Of a DNA stretch of 64,000 nucleotides, positions 1 through 12,100 are shown piece after piece. The stretch comes from Octopus sinensis (Eukaryota). The notes below the pieces were generated by a model. That model was not told the origin of the DNA, searched no databases, and saw nothing but the letters and a program-made list of their open reading frames with translations. The position numbers and the translations under genes were made by a program. How positions within the stretch are numbered: the first letter of the stretch is position 1; the number at the start of each line of letters is the position of its first letter. The stretch is from the NCBI RefSeq assembly GCF_006345805.1, contig NW_021832226.1, positions 372,001-436,000 of the forward strand, written 5' to 3'.

Positions 1-117
1 CTTTTTAAATTGTTAGTTTATTAAATTAATTTTCGGAGCGTCGGCAAGCGTCACTAAAAGATGCGACCTTTTCTTTTATGAGTCGAAGGATCAAAAAGGA
101 CAAAATAACTGTAAATT

Positions 118-260
118 TTGACGCTTTTAAGTTGTCTATTTGGGATTGAAACCTTAGGAATCTTCAGCAAAGCTGCGATTCAACTCCTCACTAACATTGG
201 TAGGAGAATCTACCAAAAACAAAGGACCGGGAGAAGACGAGCTGGTTTTTTTAGCGAAGA
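118..260 (+). mobile_element. 3' fragment of CRE-clade non-LTR retrotransposon (end of restriction-like endonuclease domain)
   Basis: FGIETLGIFSKAAIQLLTNIGRRI matches the C-terminal motif of the other CRE copies here (AVETSGVIGEKSLSFLKKLGRMI at about 58.2 kb). Confidence 0.55.
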
Positions 261-559
261 TTACTTAAAATATGACACCTTCTATGCATTCTTTGATCGA
301 TAAAAGATTTGTTACTAGAATTCCTCGATAACGCTTGAATGAAGGCTCATTTGAAAATAAGTGCATCGTTGTACTATAGCAGAGCTTTTCAAAAAATAAT
401 TCTCGCGGCACACTAATCTTAAAAAAATAATACACGGCACACATTAAAAATAAAAAAAATAAATTTTTAAGATATGTAAAACTAAGTACAAAAATTGGTA
501 ATTTAATGCCCAAATTTTTATTAATAATGAAAATGAAATCTTAATTATTATTGTTGTTG

Positions 560-1168
560 CATATATCATCAATATCACGTCCCTTTTCACCTCGGACAAA
601 ATATTGGGAAGGACGTCAGTCGACTTAAAGCTGAATAATATATCCGTACCCTTCTACAGGAGTCAGACGGTCCTAGGGGTAACCATCGACATGCACCTCT
701 GTTTCTCCCCACATGCGGACAACCTCCTTCGCAAATGCGAACAAAAATTGAACATACTACGAACTCTATCCGGAATATGGAAAAACGGGTCGCACTCGGT
801 TCTTGCGAATATCTACCGCCAGTACTTCGAACCTTGTATTGCTTACGCTTGCGGATCATGGGGTCCGCGGCTATCGTGGTCCAACAGGAGGCGAATCGAG
901 GAGGCCCAACAAAGGGCCCTCAGATTAACCGATCGTTGGTCACATGATAGCCAACGCCCCGGTCCAGCTTCTCTGGAAGACCTCATCAAACTGAACCTGG
1001 GTCCGTCAGCGAATGCTCGCCAAAAACGGCCTGCCGCCCAGTGCGATCTTGTGTGGGCTCGTAGAAAGATTACCGAGCGAGGATGAGGTCCCTGGTTGAG
1101 TGCATCGGGATCACGTGACGTTTGTTCGGTTTTTAGCGTGGTCTTGGTGATTTAATAAATAAATAAAT
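560..1168 (+). mobile_element. 5'-truncated Jockey/I-like LINE (RT thumb region and 3' end)
   Basis: ORF 604-1086: VLGVTIDMHLCFSPH...KLNILRTL...IYRQYFEPCIAYAC.SW...EEAQQRALR. Ends in (TAAA)n at about 1152-1168. Confidence 0.75.
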
Positions 1169-1206
1169 CAGGTCGAATGGTTGACAAAGCCACCCGAATT
1201 TCAGCA

Positions 1207-1620
1207 TCAATGTTTCTCAAACTTTCGCGTTTGTTATATTTCATATTATGCAGCTTAGAAAAACCTGCTTCGCATAAATAGGTTGTTGAAAACTATAACA
1301 TTATGGTCAGTGCATGTTTTGATAAACTGGGATATATTGTTTTGAATATATATCCAGAATTCTCCAATGTCTAACTCCGTCATCTTTAATCTTAAGGATT
1401 GATCATTAAATAGCGCAATAAGTTCTTCATTAATCATTCGGATAATATCATCCAAGACAGATTTTAAATTTATAGGTAATGTTTTTACAACCAATACTTC
1501 TCGATGCAAAAAACAATGTGATGATATTATCAATACTTCTTGCTATAGCACTATAGCAATATAATGAATATTTGAGAATCGAGACCCATTCTTTTTCATT
1601 AGGATACTTCAACCTCGATA
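1207..1620 (-). mobile_element. Decayed hAT (Buster/ZBED5-like) transposase remnant
   Basis: HCFLHREVLVVK is the hAT CxxH motif. A TIR-like catcaatgtttctcaaact lies at about 1207. Confidence 0.6.
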
Positions 1621-1929
1621 ATGATTTCGTATTCTTTTGATTAAGGCGCTCTACTATTCCCTACAAAATAATTTATTATTTAATAAAACAATCTGTGATC
1701 TAGAGTTATTAAGCCTGGCGCGGATCTGTTGAATTTTGAACTTTTCGCAGAGAAATCGGATGTCGGTATTTTTGAATTCCTCCCGCTTGCCCAATTGTAG
1801 AATTTGACAAGGACCATTAAGATAAAAAAGGAACTCGAGACTTTTTGAAACCAAGATTCCTGAATTAAGGTTTTTGTTCAGCTGAGTGTCCGGGGAATGC
1901 CAGTTTTGCAAGTTAATTAGCAAAAGAGG

Positions 1930-2170
1930 CATACTTTTTGTTGTCTACCTTCATTCCATGTCTGTGTTCAATGACCATACTTTAAAGAACTTTAAGACAA
2001 CTCCATCCCGTGTCAAGACTACCGGAATAATCTTAACTTTTGCTTCATAGAAAATCGACAGTTCGTTTTCAAGTAGGTCGTATTTTTGTAAAATTTCTCC
2101 ACTTTAGCTTGCTTTAAGCGGTCTTGTGAAATAATTCTCAGTCACATCTTGGATTATAGAGTCAATTAAA
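1930..2170 (-). mobile_element. R4/Dong-like non-LTR retrotransposon, RLE-domain fragment
   Basis: KYDLLENELSIFYEAKVKIIPVVLTRDGVV, with stops and frameshifts. Confidence 0.6.
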
Positions 2171-2367
2171 GATAGAGGAAGTTAGTTGAGCATTGGGTGA
2201 ATTCATTAAGCAAAATATTCAGTAAAACTGTATTTTTTATTATATAGATTCTTTTTTACTTAATTTCAGGGAAAAGTTTAATTGAACAAAGTGAAATTTT
2301 GTTCTCTACAAATATCATACAAGAACCCCGATTGTATATTTACGGAAAAAACAAAAAAAACTAATTT

Positions 2368-3869
2368 TCATAATTCATTAACGACTATTCCATCATTCTC
2401 AGAGATTTGACTGAGGAAGGATTTAAAAATCTGCAAACTCTCGGACAACTTTCCAAAAGATTGAAAAAGAGCCACAACTTCCTGTCGGTCTAACGAGGCC
2501 ACTGTGTCACTGCATTCCTCCCCCTTCACAACAGACCTCGGATTCCAATCAGAAAACAGTATTTTCAAGGCAGTTCCAATGCCCGTTATCTGCAACTTCC
2601 CCCACAGTCTACACTTGTCACAACCCACACAGTCCATAATTCTCGAGATATTCCTAAAACTACTCCTGAACTTCTCCTTTAAGGCACTACTCTTCCCCTT
2701 AAACAACAAGGACTCATTAAAATGATTGGTAAACATTCTATAAATCAACTCAATAGCTACAAACTTTGAATTCTCTAACATTCTAGAAAGTTCTAGAACA
2801 AGCTGGTCGTTGCCAGAAATATCCCCCATTAGACCTGAAACTTGGAATAAGAGGAATGACTTACAGTGGAAAGGTACTTGGAAGCCTTGGCTATTGCTCT
2901 GAGCTCCACGGCGTAAAGAAGGTGGAGGTTCTTGACCCACTGGACTGCCTCTTCCTTGAGGACAGTTCCCCTGATGAACCGACGACGGAATTCCTCAACG
3001 TTGGTACCCCAAGTAGGAGGATTACATCTTGGTGATTAATAGACTAACAAAAACTGTCAAAAAAGTATTTTTCACAAAGATGGAGGTTTATGCTGAAGTG
3101 AAGGCCCGAAATTAAATCTTTCAATGTCTCCATTTCCAGACATTCTATGAGTTAAGTAAACCACCAACGTGTCTCCTCTCCCCTAATAATAAATTAATGA
3201 TAGATGTTTACTGTTGGCAGTTTTCTCGATAGATTGAGTCCCAAACCTTCCAACTTGATTCCCCAGAATATCCCGTAAATCTCTCAGGGTTCTTTCGAAG
3301 ATCAAAAAATGTCCCAGACCCCACCGACTCGTCTAAAAATAAAAAAATCAAAATACCACGATCACAGAACTCGAGATCCCTGTCCTCTGACCCCCACTTG
3401 TCCAACATTTCAACGTCCTGGTCACTTTGAGGATTCACCAGTCCAAGACTACCTGAGAGAGTCGTCCAGTCGGTTATACCCCTCCAATGTTTCATATTTC
3501 TGATTAAAATCCTTTTTAAAAGCATCCGGGACTTGTTCCTAATAAATAATATGTATAATTATACCTGAGGACAAGACTGGATATGACAGCACTGCTGTGT
3601 ATGGCAGACACTGTCGGTCTCCCAGAACATGCACTCCTTGGTGACGTCGACCTAGGAGTCGTCAGTTGGCAGAACTTTGTAGAAACTAAACATATCGCTG
3701 TTGGTTATGTGTGCGATATTTGGCTGAATGAATCGGTCGTTGAAGGTGGAAAGCTCGTCGATGGAGCACTCACAGAGTTTAAGTTTATCCTGCAAATGGG
3801 GAGGGAGGCTTATACTTTGAATATTCGGTCTGAAGAGGTTGATACTAACAGAATCAAAAACAAGCACAT
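2368..3869 (-). CDS. ERO1: ER oxidoreductin 1 (ERO1), about 10 introns of 21-29 nt
   Basis: Spliced model: signal peptide MCLFLILLVSTSS (ATG at 3869), CECSIDE, FYKVDVTKECMFW, DLRKNPERFTGYSG, LISGLHFSINLHL, RNISRIMDCVGCDKCRLWGKLQ; ends VNEL*. One junction (3028-3053) does not restore the frame as assembled. Confidence 0.95.
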
Positions 3870-3999
3870 TCAGAAATGACACGTATTTATTCTACAACTT
3901 TTGTTTAAATTTATTTAATTATAAACAAATGTGTCTGTCATAATTAAATTCTGTCAAATCTGTTACCACCTACGAATTTGTGGAAATCCGAGTTGACCT

Positions 4000-4330
4000 T
4001 CCGACGGATAATAACATTTATTCACGGCAAATCGAGCAACACAATTAAACTCATCGAGGTGGAGATCACTTTACAAAATTGTCTACGCAGGTCGAAGTGG
4101 AAAAGTCCCACAATACTAACTGCTGGCATATAAACTAAGAGCGATCTAGCGGCCAAAAGTGAAGATCATCGCTGTCGTTATAACCTGGGACGGAAATGTG
4201 TCAAAATTCTTCAAAAGCCATCTTTTGGCGCTCGGAGTGGAGGACATGGTGAAGGTATATATCCAAAACGGGTGGCTACTACTTTGGGAGTCAGCCATAA
4301 AAATATGTCACCTGCTCAAAACTTGAGAGA
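4000..4330 (+). mobile_element. R4/Dong-like retrotransposon, RLE-domain fragment
   Basis: IKLIEVEITLQ...VEVEKSH...KVKIIAVVITWDGNVSKFFKSHL, frameshifted. Confidence 0.6.
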
Positions 4331-4655
4331 TTTTGAAGGCTAAACGAGTGTTGTAGGTGATTTTAGAAAGGAACAAAAGTTAACCAATTTGAAATTGTGC
4401 TGTACGGGTCTTTGATTCCCTAAAACCGACAATATAATTTATGATATTGTTAGCAACGAAAACATGAATTCTATTTCAAAAATTCTATAAATCCAGCACA
4501 CTAGTGACAATTTTTTTAAAATTTCTTATGTTTAAAAACACCAATGTTGACAGCGAGACTACAATTTACGAAAATAGAAACTAAAAATAACTTGATTAAT
4601 ATACTAAAGTAAAAGTTTAGTCCACGAAATCGGAAACAAAAATAAGCAAATTAAA

Positions 4656-7110
4656 TTATTTGTTATTTCGGGCAAGTAGACGCTCCCTCCCTGCCTGTAA
4701 CTCAGTAATGACAGAATAATCAGTGAGAGAGGATAAGTCCCCAAATTCAGTGGCACCCTTCACGATCTGGCGGAGAACACGCCGAATAATCTTGCCCGAC
4801 CTCGTCTTGGGCATCACTCGTGCAATCTGCACATATTCCGGACTGGCGAAGGCACCAATAGTCTTCCTCACCTCCACTCTGATTTCCTGTTCCATCTCGG
4901 GGGTAATATCCTCCCCCTAATCATCAAGAAAACCAACAGCACTTGATGTAGAGTGACAAAGCAGTACACACATTCCCCCTTTATGTCGTGAGGAGCTGTT
5001 ACTGCAGCTGCCTCAACCACGCTCGGATGTTGTACCAAAACTGCCTCGATTTCGGCTGTGCTGAGCAGGTGTCCTGAGACATTGAGCATGTCATCAATCC
5101 TCCCAGTGATCCAATAGTACCCATCATCGTCCCTATGCACTCCGTCACCCGTCAGGTAGTAGCCTCCGAAACGCTCAAAGTAAGTTCCCTTGAATCGCTC
5201 ATAGTCATTGTATATATTCCTCATTATTCCTGGCCAGGGCTGCTTTATTGCCTATTTTGGCTGTCAACCTGGCAATTGGACTAACCAAATATCCGTCAGC
5301 CTTTCCCGCCAGTTCATTGCCGTTTTCATCTAAAATTGCGGGGACCACTCCAAAGAACGGAAGTGTCTACGCTAAACCACAAAGAGCAAACTGCAGAGCC
5401 TGGTTTAGTGTTGAAACAAGGCAAGGGAGTGAGAATGTGGCCCCCCTACGAATGTGATAAATATGAGAATACAGTCTCCGTTTGCCAATAGGTATCAATC
5501 ACAGCACAACGTTTATTGCCCACAACAGAAAAGTACCATTCCCACACATCAGGGTTGATTGGTTCCCCCACAGTGCCTATTATTCTTAACGACTCACGTG
5601 TGCTATTCCTTCACGGTTTGAGTATTTTGAATACCAACCCGATTACGTAATCAATGTCATAGGACATGAGAGACCGAATAGCAGTGGGGGCAGTATAGAA
5701 CTGTGTGACTGCATATTTGTCACACATCCGCCAGAATCTGCTCGGGTCGGGGTATGTCATGACTCCCTCGTACTTTGAATATTTAACTGGAGGGTACCAA
5801 GACTGAGGTAGCACAGTTGAGAAGTGGCCCGTAACAAATGTAGCTGTGACCTGTGACCCACCCAAGGTCAGCAGTGCACCAATAAATGTCCTCAGGATTG
5901 TAGTCGAAGGCGTATTTGAACGTAGTGGCCGCATACAACATGTATCCACCTGTCGAATGCAATATTGCTTTGGGGACTCCAGTCGACCCACTTTTGTGAT
6001 GATCGAAGACAACCTTGTGTGGAGCATGAACAGAGGGTCCTCGGCGTCCATCCACACGGGGTCACAGGTCGGACTTGACCCCTCCATCACCTCCTCCCAA
6101 GAAACATCCCTTCCTGGGCAAATATTGTACTGAACATTAAAAGACGATTAAAACTTGCACGTTGAAAGGTCGAAGTCCAGGTGTCTCCTGTGGCTGTTGG
6201 GTGGGGGAGGGCGACAGGTGTCTTTTCACAATGACTTTGTCTATGTTGAACCCTCTGGACATGTTGGAAGGCTTACTTTTCACTGCAAATGTCGATGGCT
6301 TCGTCGCATATGTTCTTTAAATTAATTAATTTCGTTCCTCGCCAAAATGCGTCTGGAAATGTCAGTTTTGGCCAGACCTGCCACAATGACCAATTTTGGT
6401 TGGGCGCTGAGGAATCTGACAGCAAGGGAATTCGCCGAAAAGCCGGCGAACTACAATCGAGTGGACTAATCATACCACAATTGAATGAATGACCCCCAGA
6501 CGAGCACAGGCGAGCATTGCCACCAACAATTCAGGAATCATAGGCATATACATCGACACCGCATCCCCCTTCTTTAGTCCTAAAAAATTATTTAACAGAA
6601 TAATTATAATTTGTGGTTAATGACCACACCCATTGATCTAAGCACATTCGCCATTTTGCACACTTCTTGATGTAACTGCGAGTATGTGAGTTGTCTCGTG
6701 TCCGAAGAGTCGTTGCCTTCCCTGGGAGGTCAGGAAACGACTTTAGACCAGTAGAAGACAGTTTTGTCTCCATTCCCATTTTTGATGTGTCGATCCAAGC
6801 AGTTGTAGGAGACGTTGGTTCTGGCACCTTTGAACCAGTTGATGGATATTGGTCCTTTGCTGGAGTCAAAATTCCATTCGAGGCCTTGATTTGGCTCAAA
6901 CGAGTCCCAAAAAAATTGTTGGGCAATTTTAGACCAGAAAGCGACTGGATTCTGCACGGATTGGTCGTACATTTGTTTGTAGTGACTCATACTGGGCAAA
7001 TGACTCTTCTCGAGGACTCTTTTTGGAGGGTGGTACAATTCATGTTCGGCGTGTTTTATCGAGCCGTCGTGAGCGGTTCTCAAAAAGACTGAAGAAGATT
7101 TGGTAGTCAT
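4656..7110 (-). CDS. ACS: Acetyl-CoA synthetase (AMP-forming), 13 introns of 22-49 nt
   Basis: Spliced model is continuous: [98 protein letters not shown]. All introns are GT-AG. Confidence 0.96.
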
Positions 7111-7339
7111 TGGGATTGATTTGTATCGGGTAATTAGTCTTTGGAGTGTTCTAGAGTAATTAGACCGGCATTACTGGTTTGATAAAATCCGCATTTATTA
7201 ACCAATTCAAAAATTTATTTTTTTGTAGTAACCAAGTTAAAAAAACACTAATCTTATTCTACTTAAAATAAATTATAATTGATGTTTTACATCCGATAGG
7301 AATACTATAATGGTATCTTTTTATACGATATTTCAATTT

Positions 7340-7830
7340 ATAAGTTAGTTTGTTAAGAACTCTTTTGCTTGAGCCATCGTCCCCGGCATTTTTTTGAAAG
7401 AAATTTCAATATATATAAGTTAGTTAAAAAGTCTTTCGTGTCGCTTTAGAAGGGCTTTGCTTGAGTTATGCTTAGAGCCATCGTCCCGACCATCTTGGCC
7501 CACGCTCTCTCTTTTCTGGCCCTCATTCGAACATCGGCAGATTGTCAGCCTTTACCACTTCACCACCGATTGTTGCATAGTCTTCTTTTAAGGATGTTGC
7601 AAGAATGTTTCTTGATCCCCCTCGATACCCATGACTTTCGGAGTGGAAGTATTTATCCTTTATTTTGTTACATGGCGTAGTAGGGAACAGTCCAAATAGT
7701 TGCCATCTCGATAAAATAACGTTCATGCTGATTGGTCTACATTTACATAGATTGTATAATTTTTCATTTGAGATTTTCCTCAATTCCGATACAGAGTTGG
7801 CTTCTATGAAATGCAACTAGCAGTTCTAAA
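7340..7830 (-). mobile_element. Decayed RTE-like LINE C-terminal fragment
   Basis: RWQLFG motif, resembling the RWRLLGHTLR fragment at 17.5 kb. Many stops. Confidence 0.4.
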
Positions 7831-8183
7831 TCGTTTTTTTAAGAGTCCCCAAGGTTTCAGAATTATATACTAATATTGGCGTTACAAAAAATCATATAAT
7901 CTTATTTTCAACAAAACATGCTTTTTCTTATCCAGATGATGTCCATGTAATGCATTTATATATAAATATTAAAATTTTAATGATATCTTAATCAACTTGT
8001 GATGAGATCTTCCACTAAACAGAAAGACTAAGCGCATCCACGCAAAACTAGACTAGATTGGCTGAAGATGTCAAGACAGAGCACTATTGTGGACTACAAG
8101 CCACCTTTGAATGAAACCTTGACTAATATTTCCAACAAATTTAGCGACGGCTGATTTCAAAGAAGACGAGCAAAATTGTAAAA

Positions 8184-8691
8184 CAGTGGTTCTCAAACTT
8201 TTTTGTCTCCTGTACATTTTGGCACCAAAATGATTTTTTTCTTAGCACTTATTGATTTTTGAATAATTAAAAAATATTTAATTAACGAAATGAATATTGG
8301 TGTTTATAAAAAACTAATCTTTCTATTTCTGAATCCTTTGATAAAAGACACACAAATATCATCTTCAACATTTAGTCTCACACGATGGACTGATTTTAAA
8401 TTGAACAATGATTGAAATCTTTTTTCACAGAGACATTTTGTTGAAATCTTGTTTGTACCGATAAACTCAAACATTAACTCGCAAAAATGTGCGTTGAATA
8501 ATATAGCATTACACCCTAATACTTATTTGATAACACTGATAAATATGAATGATAATTTCACAAGAAAAATATGTATTTAATTTTTCAATCTGTGAACACT
8601 CGAAAGAAAATTTCCTTTGGATAACCATTAGACTATTTATTCTAAACTGAAAATCAAAATTTTTTCGCGTACCCAAGTTTAAAAACCACTG
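8184..8691. mobile_element. Non-autonomous hAT deletion derivative
   Basis: Inverted ends cagtggttctcaaact / agtttaaaaaccactg. Internal minus-strand remnant of the hAT dimerization domain (CLCEKRFSIIVQFK). No matching 8-bp TSD. Confidence 0.65.
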
Positions 8692-9135
8692 GTATCAATG
8701 TGGCAAGAATATCTCGTGACAGTCAGCATGAGAATACAAAGTGGTTACAGAGCCTGAAACAACAAATAACAACAGCCGAAACAGTTCACACCCAATTTTA
8801 ATTTATGGATCGGACAATTTATTGGACTAATATTATATAATATATGATTCTTTACAACGAATAAAAGTACAACAAATAAAAGTTGTGTTCAAAATGTTAG
8901 AGAAACCTTGGAACGCCGAAAAAAAGTTGTGTTTATGTAATTTATGAGAAAATTATCTGTTTTTCCGATTCGTGTTTGCATTTACTTGATATTTTTTTTA
9001 ATTAATATTAAAAATAGAACATATTACTTTATTATATAAAAATGAAATAAAATAATATTTATTTGATAACAATAGATATCGCATTCTCAAACTTGTGAGG
9101 TTAGTGAATTCCGATACTCTAATCAAAAAATAGTC

Positions 9136-12100
9136 ATGCAAGTGGCAACCGCTCATAATCCTGTGGACCCCAACATTTTGAATGTAGGACTCGCCTCTTT
9201 CGAAAGATACCGAACTAACAACAAAAGTAACAAACTTTATTAAACCACCAGTCGAACGTGAGAACATCCAAAAGCGTACTTTCACTCGATGGATCAACAG
9301 TCACATATCAAAAGTCAGCGACCTTTGCGTGACCGACCTCTACGTCGACTTGGCCGATGGACGAGTACTCAAAACACTCCTCGAAGTGCTTACAGGAGAA
9401 ACACTGGTATTTCCCGCTACTCAGCACTCATTAATCAATATATCTCTATCCTTACAAGTATTGACAATCAATCGTTGGGTGGCAGCAGCACTCATTAGAA
9501 AATCATTAATTAATTGTCGGGAATTCTTTGGTCATAATTCATTTCTAGTGGGTATTGAATTTAGGCATTCGCGCGTTGATTAGATTGACAATCAATCGAT
9601 TATTATTTGCTACGTTAATTAATTATACTTGCTTTGATATTAATTATGTTTAGCCTGCTCTGAGGAATGATACGATGGGGATATACTGTCTGGAGAATCT
9701 CCACAAGATTATACTCTTCCTTGAGAGTTATCGCGTCCATTTGGAGAATATCCAACCATTGGACATATACACTGGCAACCCTGACTTAATTCTTGGACTA
9801 ATTTGGATTATTATACTCAGTTTTCAGGTTTCTTTCATTTTTCTTATTGTAGGTGTCCGACATTGACCGACAGGATTCCATGCATGTGGCCAGAGAGGTG
9901 GTCTGTCGATCGTCCGCCCCCACCAATAAGTCGGTTGGGGGAAGGGACCGGTCGGAGGCTTTGCTGCGTTGGTGTCAGCTCAAGACAGCCGAGTATCTGA
10001 ACGTGGATATAATGGACTTTACTACATCGTGGAAGGACGGATTGGCATTCAATGCCCTCATCCACAGACATAGGTTAGAATTGGAGGTGAGTGATCTGAC
10101 TAGGCCAGATCTCATATCCTATGACCAACTCAGGAAATACGAGTTTTCTTTTAACCTCAACAACGCATTTTCTGTGGCTCAGCACAGTTTGGGAATTGAA
10201 AGTATCCTCGACCCTTCTGGTTTTCTGTTTTATGTATATTCCAAGATCTGGCAATGGACAGACCCGACAGTCGGTCGATCATAACTTATGTGTCCTCGTT
10301 GTATCAGTATTTTTCCAAACAGAGAGCAGACAGCGTGAGTATCCAGAGACTGTCCAATGTAGAATTGCCATTTTAGTTCTTTCTATAGATATTGAGGGAT
10401 ACGGTTGATATTGAGAAGCAGATCGACAAGTACAATTTTAATGTGGAGGATTTGATGGGGTGGATAGTCCACACGACGGAATCTCTCACTAATGCCTCGT
10501 TGCCCTCCACGGTTGACGAACTGAACGATAAATTGGCTGATTTTTCATTCTACAAATTGAATGTTCGCCCCAAAAGGTGGATTTGATAAATCAGACTCTT
10601 TTAGATTAGAGCAGAAGAATGACCTGGAAGTACTGCTGCTGAACATTCAGAGTAAAATGAGACAGAGGAACATGAGGGACGTTTTTAGTCCCCGAGAAGG
10701 CGAGACGATGGCCGATGTTGATAGGAATTGGGAAATCCTCGAAAGGGTGGAATATTCCTACGAAACCCAAATAAAGACTCAAATGCTCATGTTTTGTGTT
10801 TTATAAACTGTAGATATCGACGACTGGAAATTATGGCTGACAAGTTTGGGCGTTCTGTCAGACAATGCGAGGACTGGGTTGATCTGAAAGCGCAAGAGTT
10901 GGCCTCCTTCGATCAACAATGCGACTATTTGAGCGCCTCAATAGTCATCAAGCGCATGGAGTTACTACAAGCTGAGATTTCCCTGAGGGAACCAATCAAT
11001 CTCACTCTCAAATCCCAAGTGGAATATTTTTCTCAGCAAAACTATAATTTGGATCCTCAAGTCCTTCAAAGGTTCCGATTTGGGTCTGATTTGTGCAGAT
11101 TTGAGGACTATAACTGTAAATGGGGTGAACTGGTTGACAAATATGCTGAAATTAGTCACAAGTTTTCCACATTCAGGATAGTGGAGGCACTCTCTGCGCG
11201 AATAGACAATCTAAACCAAGAAATGGACTGCATTATGGCCAATCTATCTTCGTTTAGTTTCCGGAATGTGAAGCAGATCGACGCCCTCAACGACGACAGT
11301 GCGACATTGGCGAAGGAACTAGACTGGACCGAGTCATGTCTGGCTGTTCTTAGGGAGGACTATGAAAAAGTAGACAACAGTAATCAACTGGCATTATTCT
11401 CTAATAGCAGACGAGACGGACAAATTTGGAGAACAGTTGAATGGATTGGAGTCTCGGATGTCGACAATGAGGGAAATAATGTCGGTTAGGACAGGGAAAC
11501 TGAGGGAACTTCAAGACAACTTTGAGTTGTCACAATCTGCAAATGAGTTCTACTACTGGCTGCAACAGCAACTACTTCTGTCGACGGACAATGGTGATTC
11601 CGTGGAATCAACAATGACATTGATAAACGAGTTGAAGGTGTTGGGAGTGTTTTAATATTTAAAGGAGGTCGGGTTGGGATATGAAAAACGAGTGGAGGAT
11701 TTGAGAATGTTGGCATCTCCATTTGGTACTATCAAAGAGATGGTCGAGAAATGTGGGTTTCCCGCGTTTGATCCAACTCCACTCATGTCCGATTTCGATG
11801 TAAAATTCAACAAGCGGATGAATTTATTAACAGACAGACTGCAAGTGTTTAGAGTAAAACCACTGCTGTCATTTTTGCAGGTTTTGGATCGACTCGACGA
11901 ATTTTCCGACGTGTTGAGGACAATTTATAACATTTATTCTGACGAGGCAACGCCCAATCCAGACATGGCGACTACGGAATTGTTATTGGACCAACTCAAC
12001 GTGAATATGGACAAGTGTTTGGATTATGCCGCAGTCACGGGAATGGCACAACAACTTATATTTGTTAGTGTAGTATTAATATACCACAGGATGGACAAGA

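Noticed and set aside
4656-7110. Bacterial contamination or recent HGT for ACS
   Set aside because: It has 13 canonical tiny introns and sits between animal genes.
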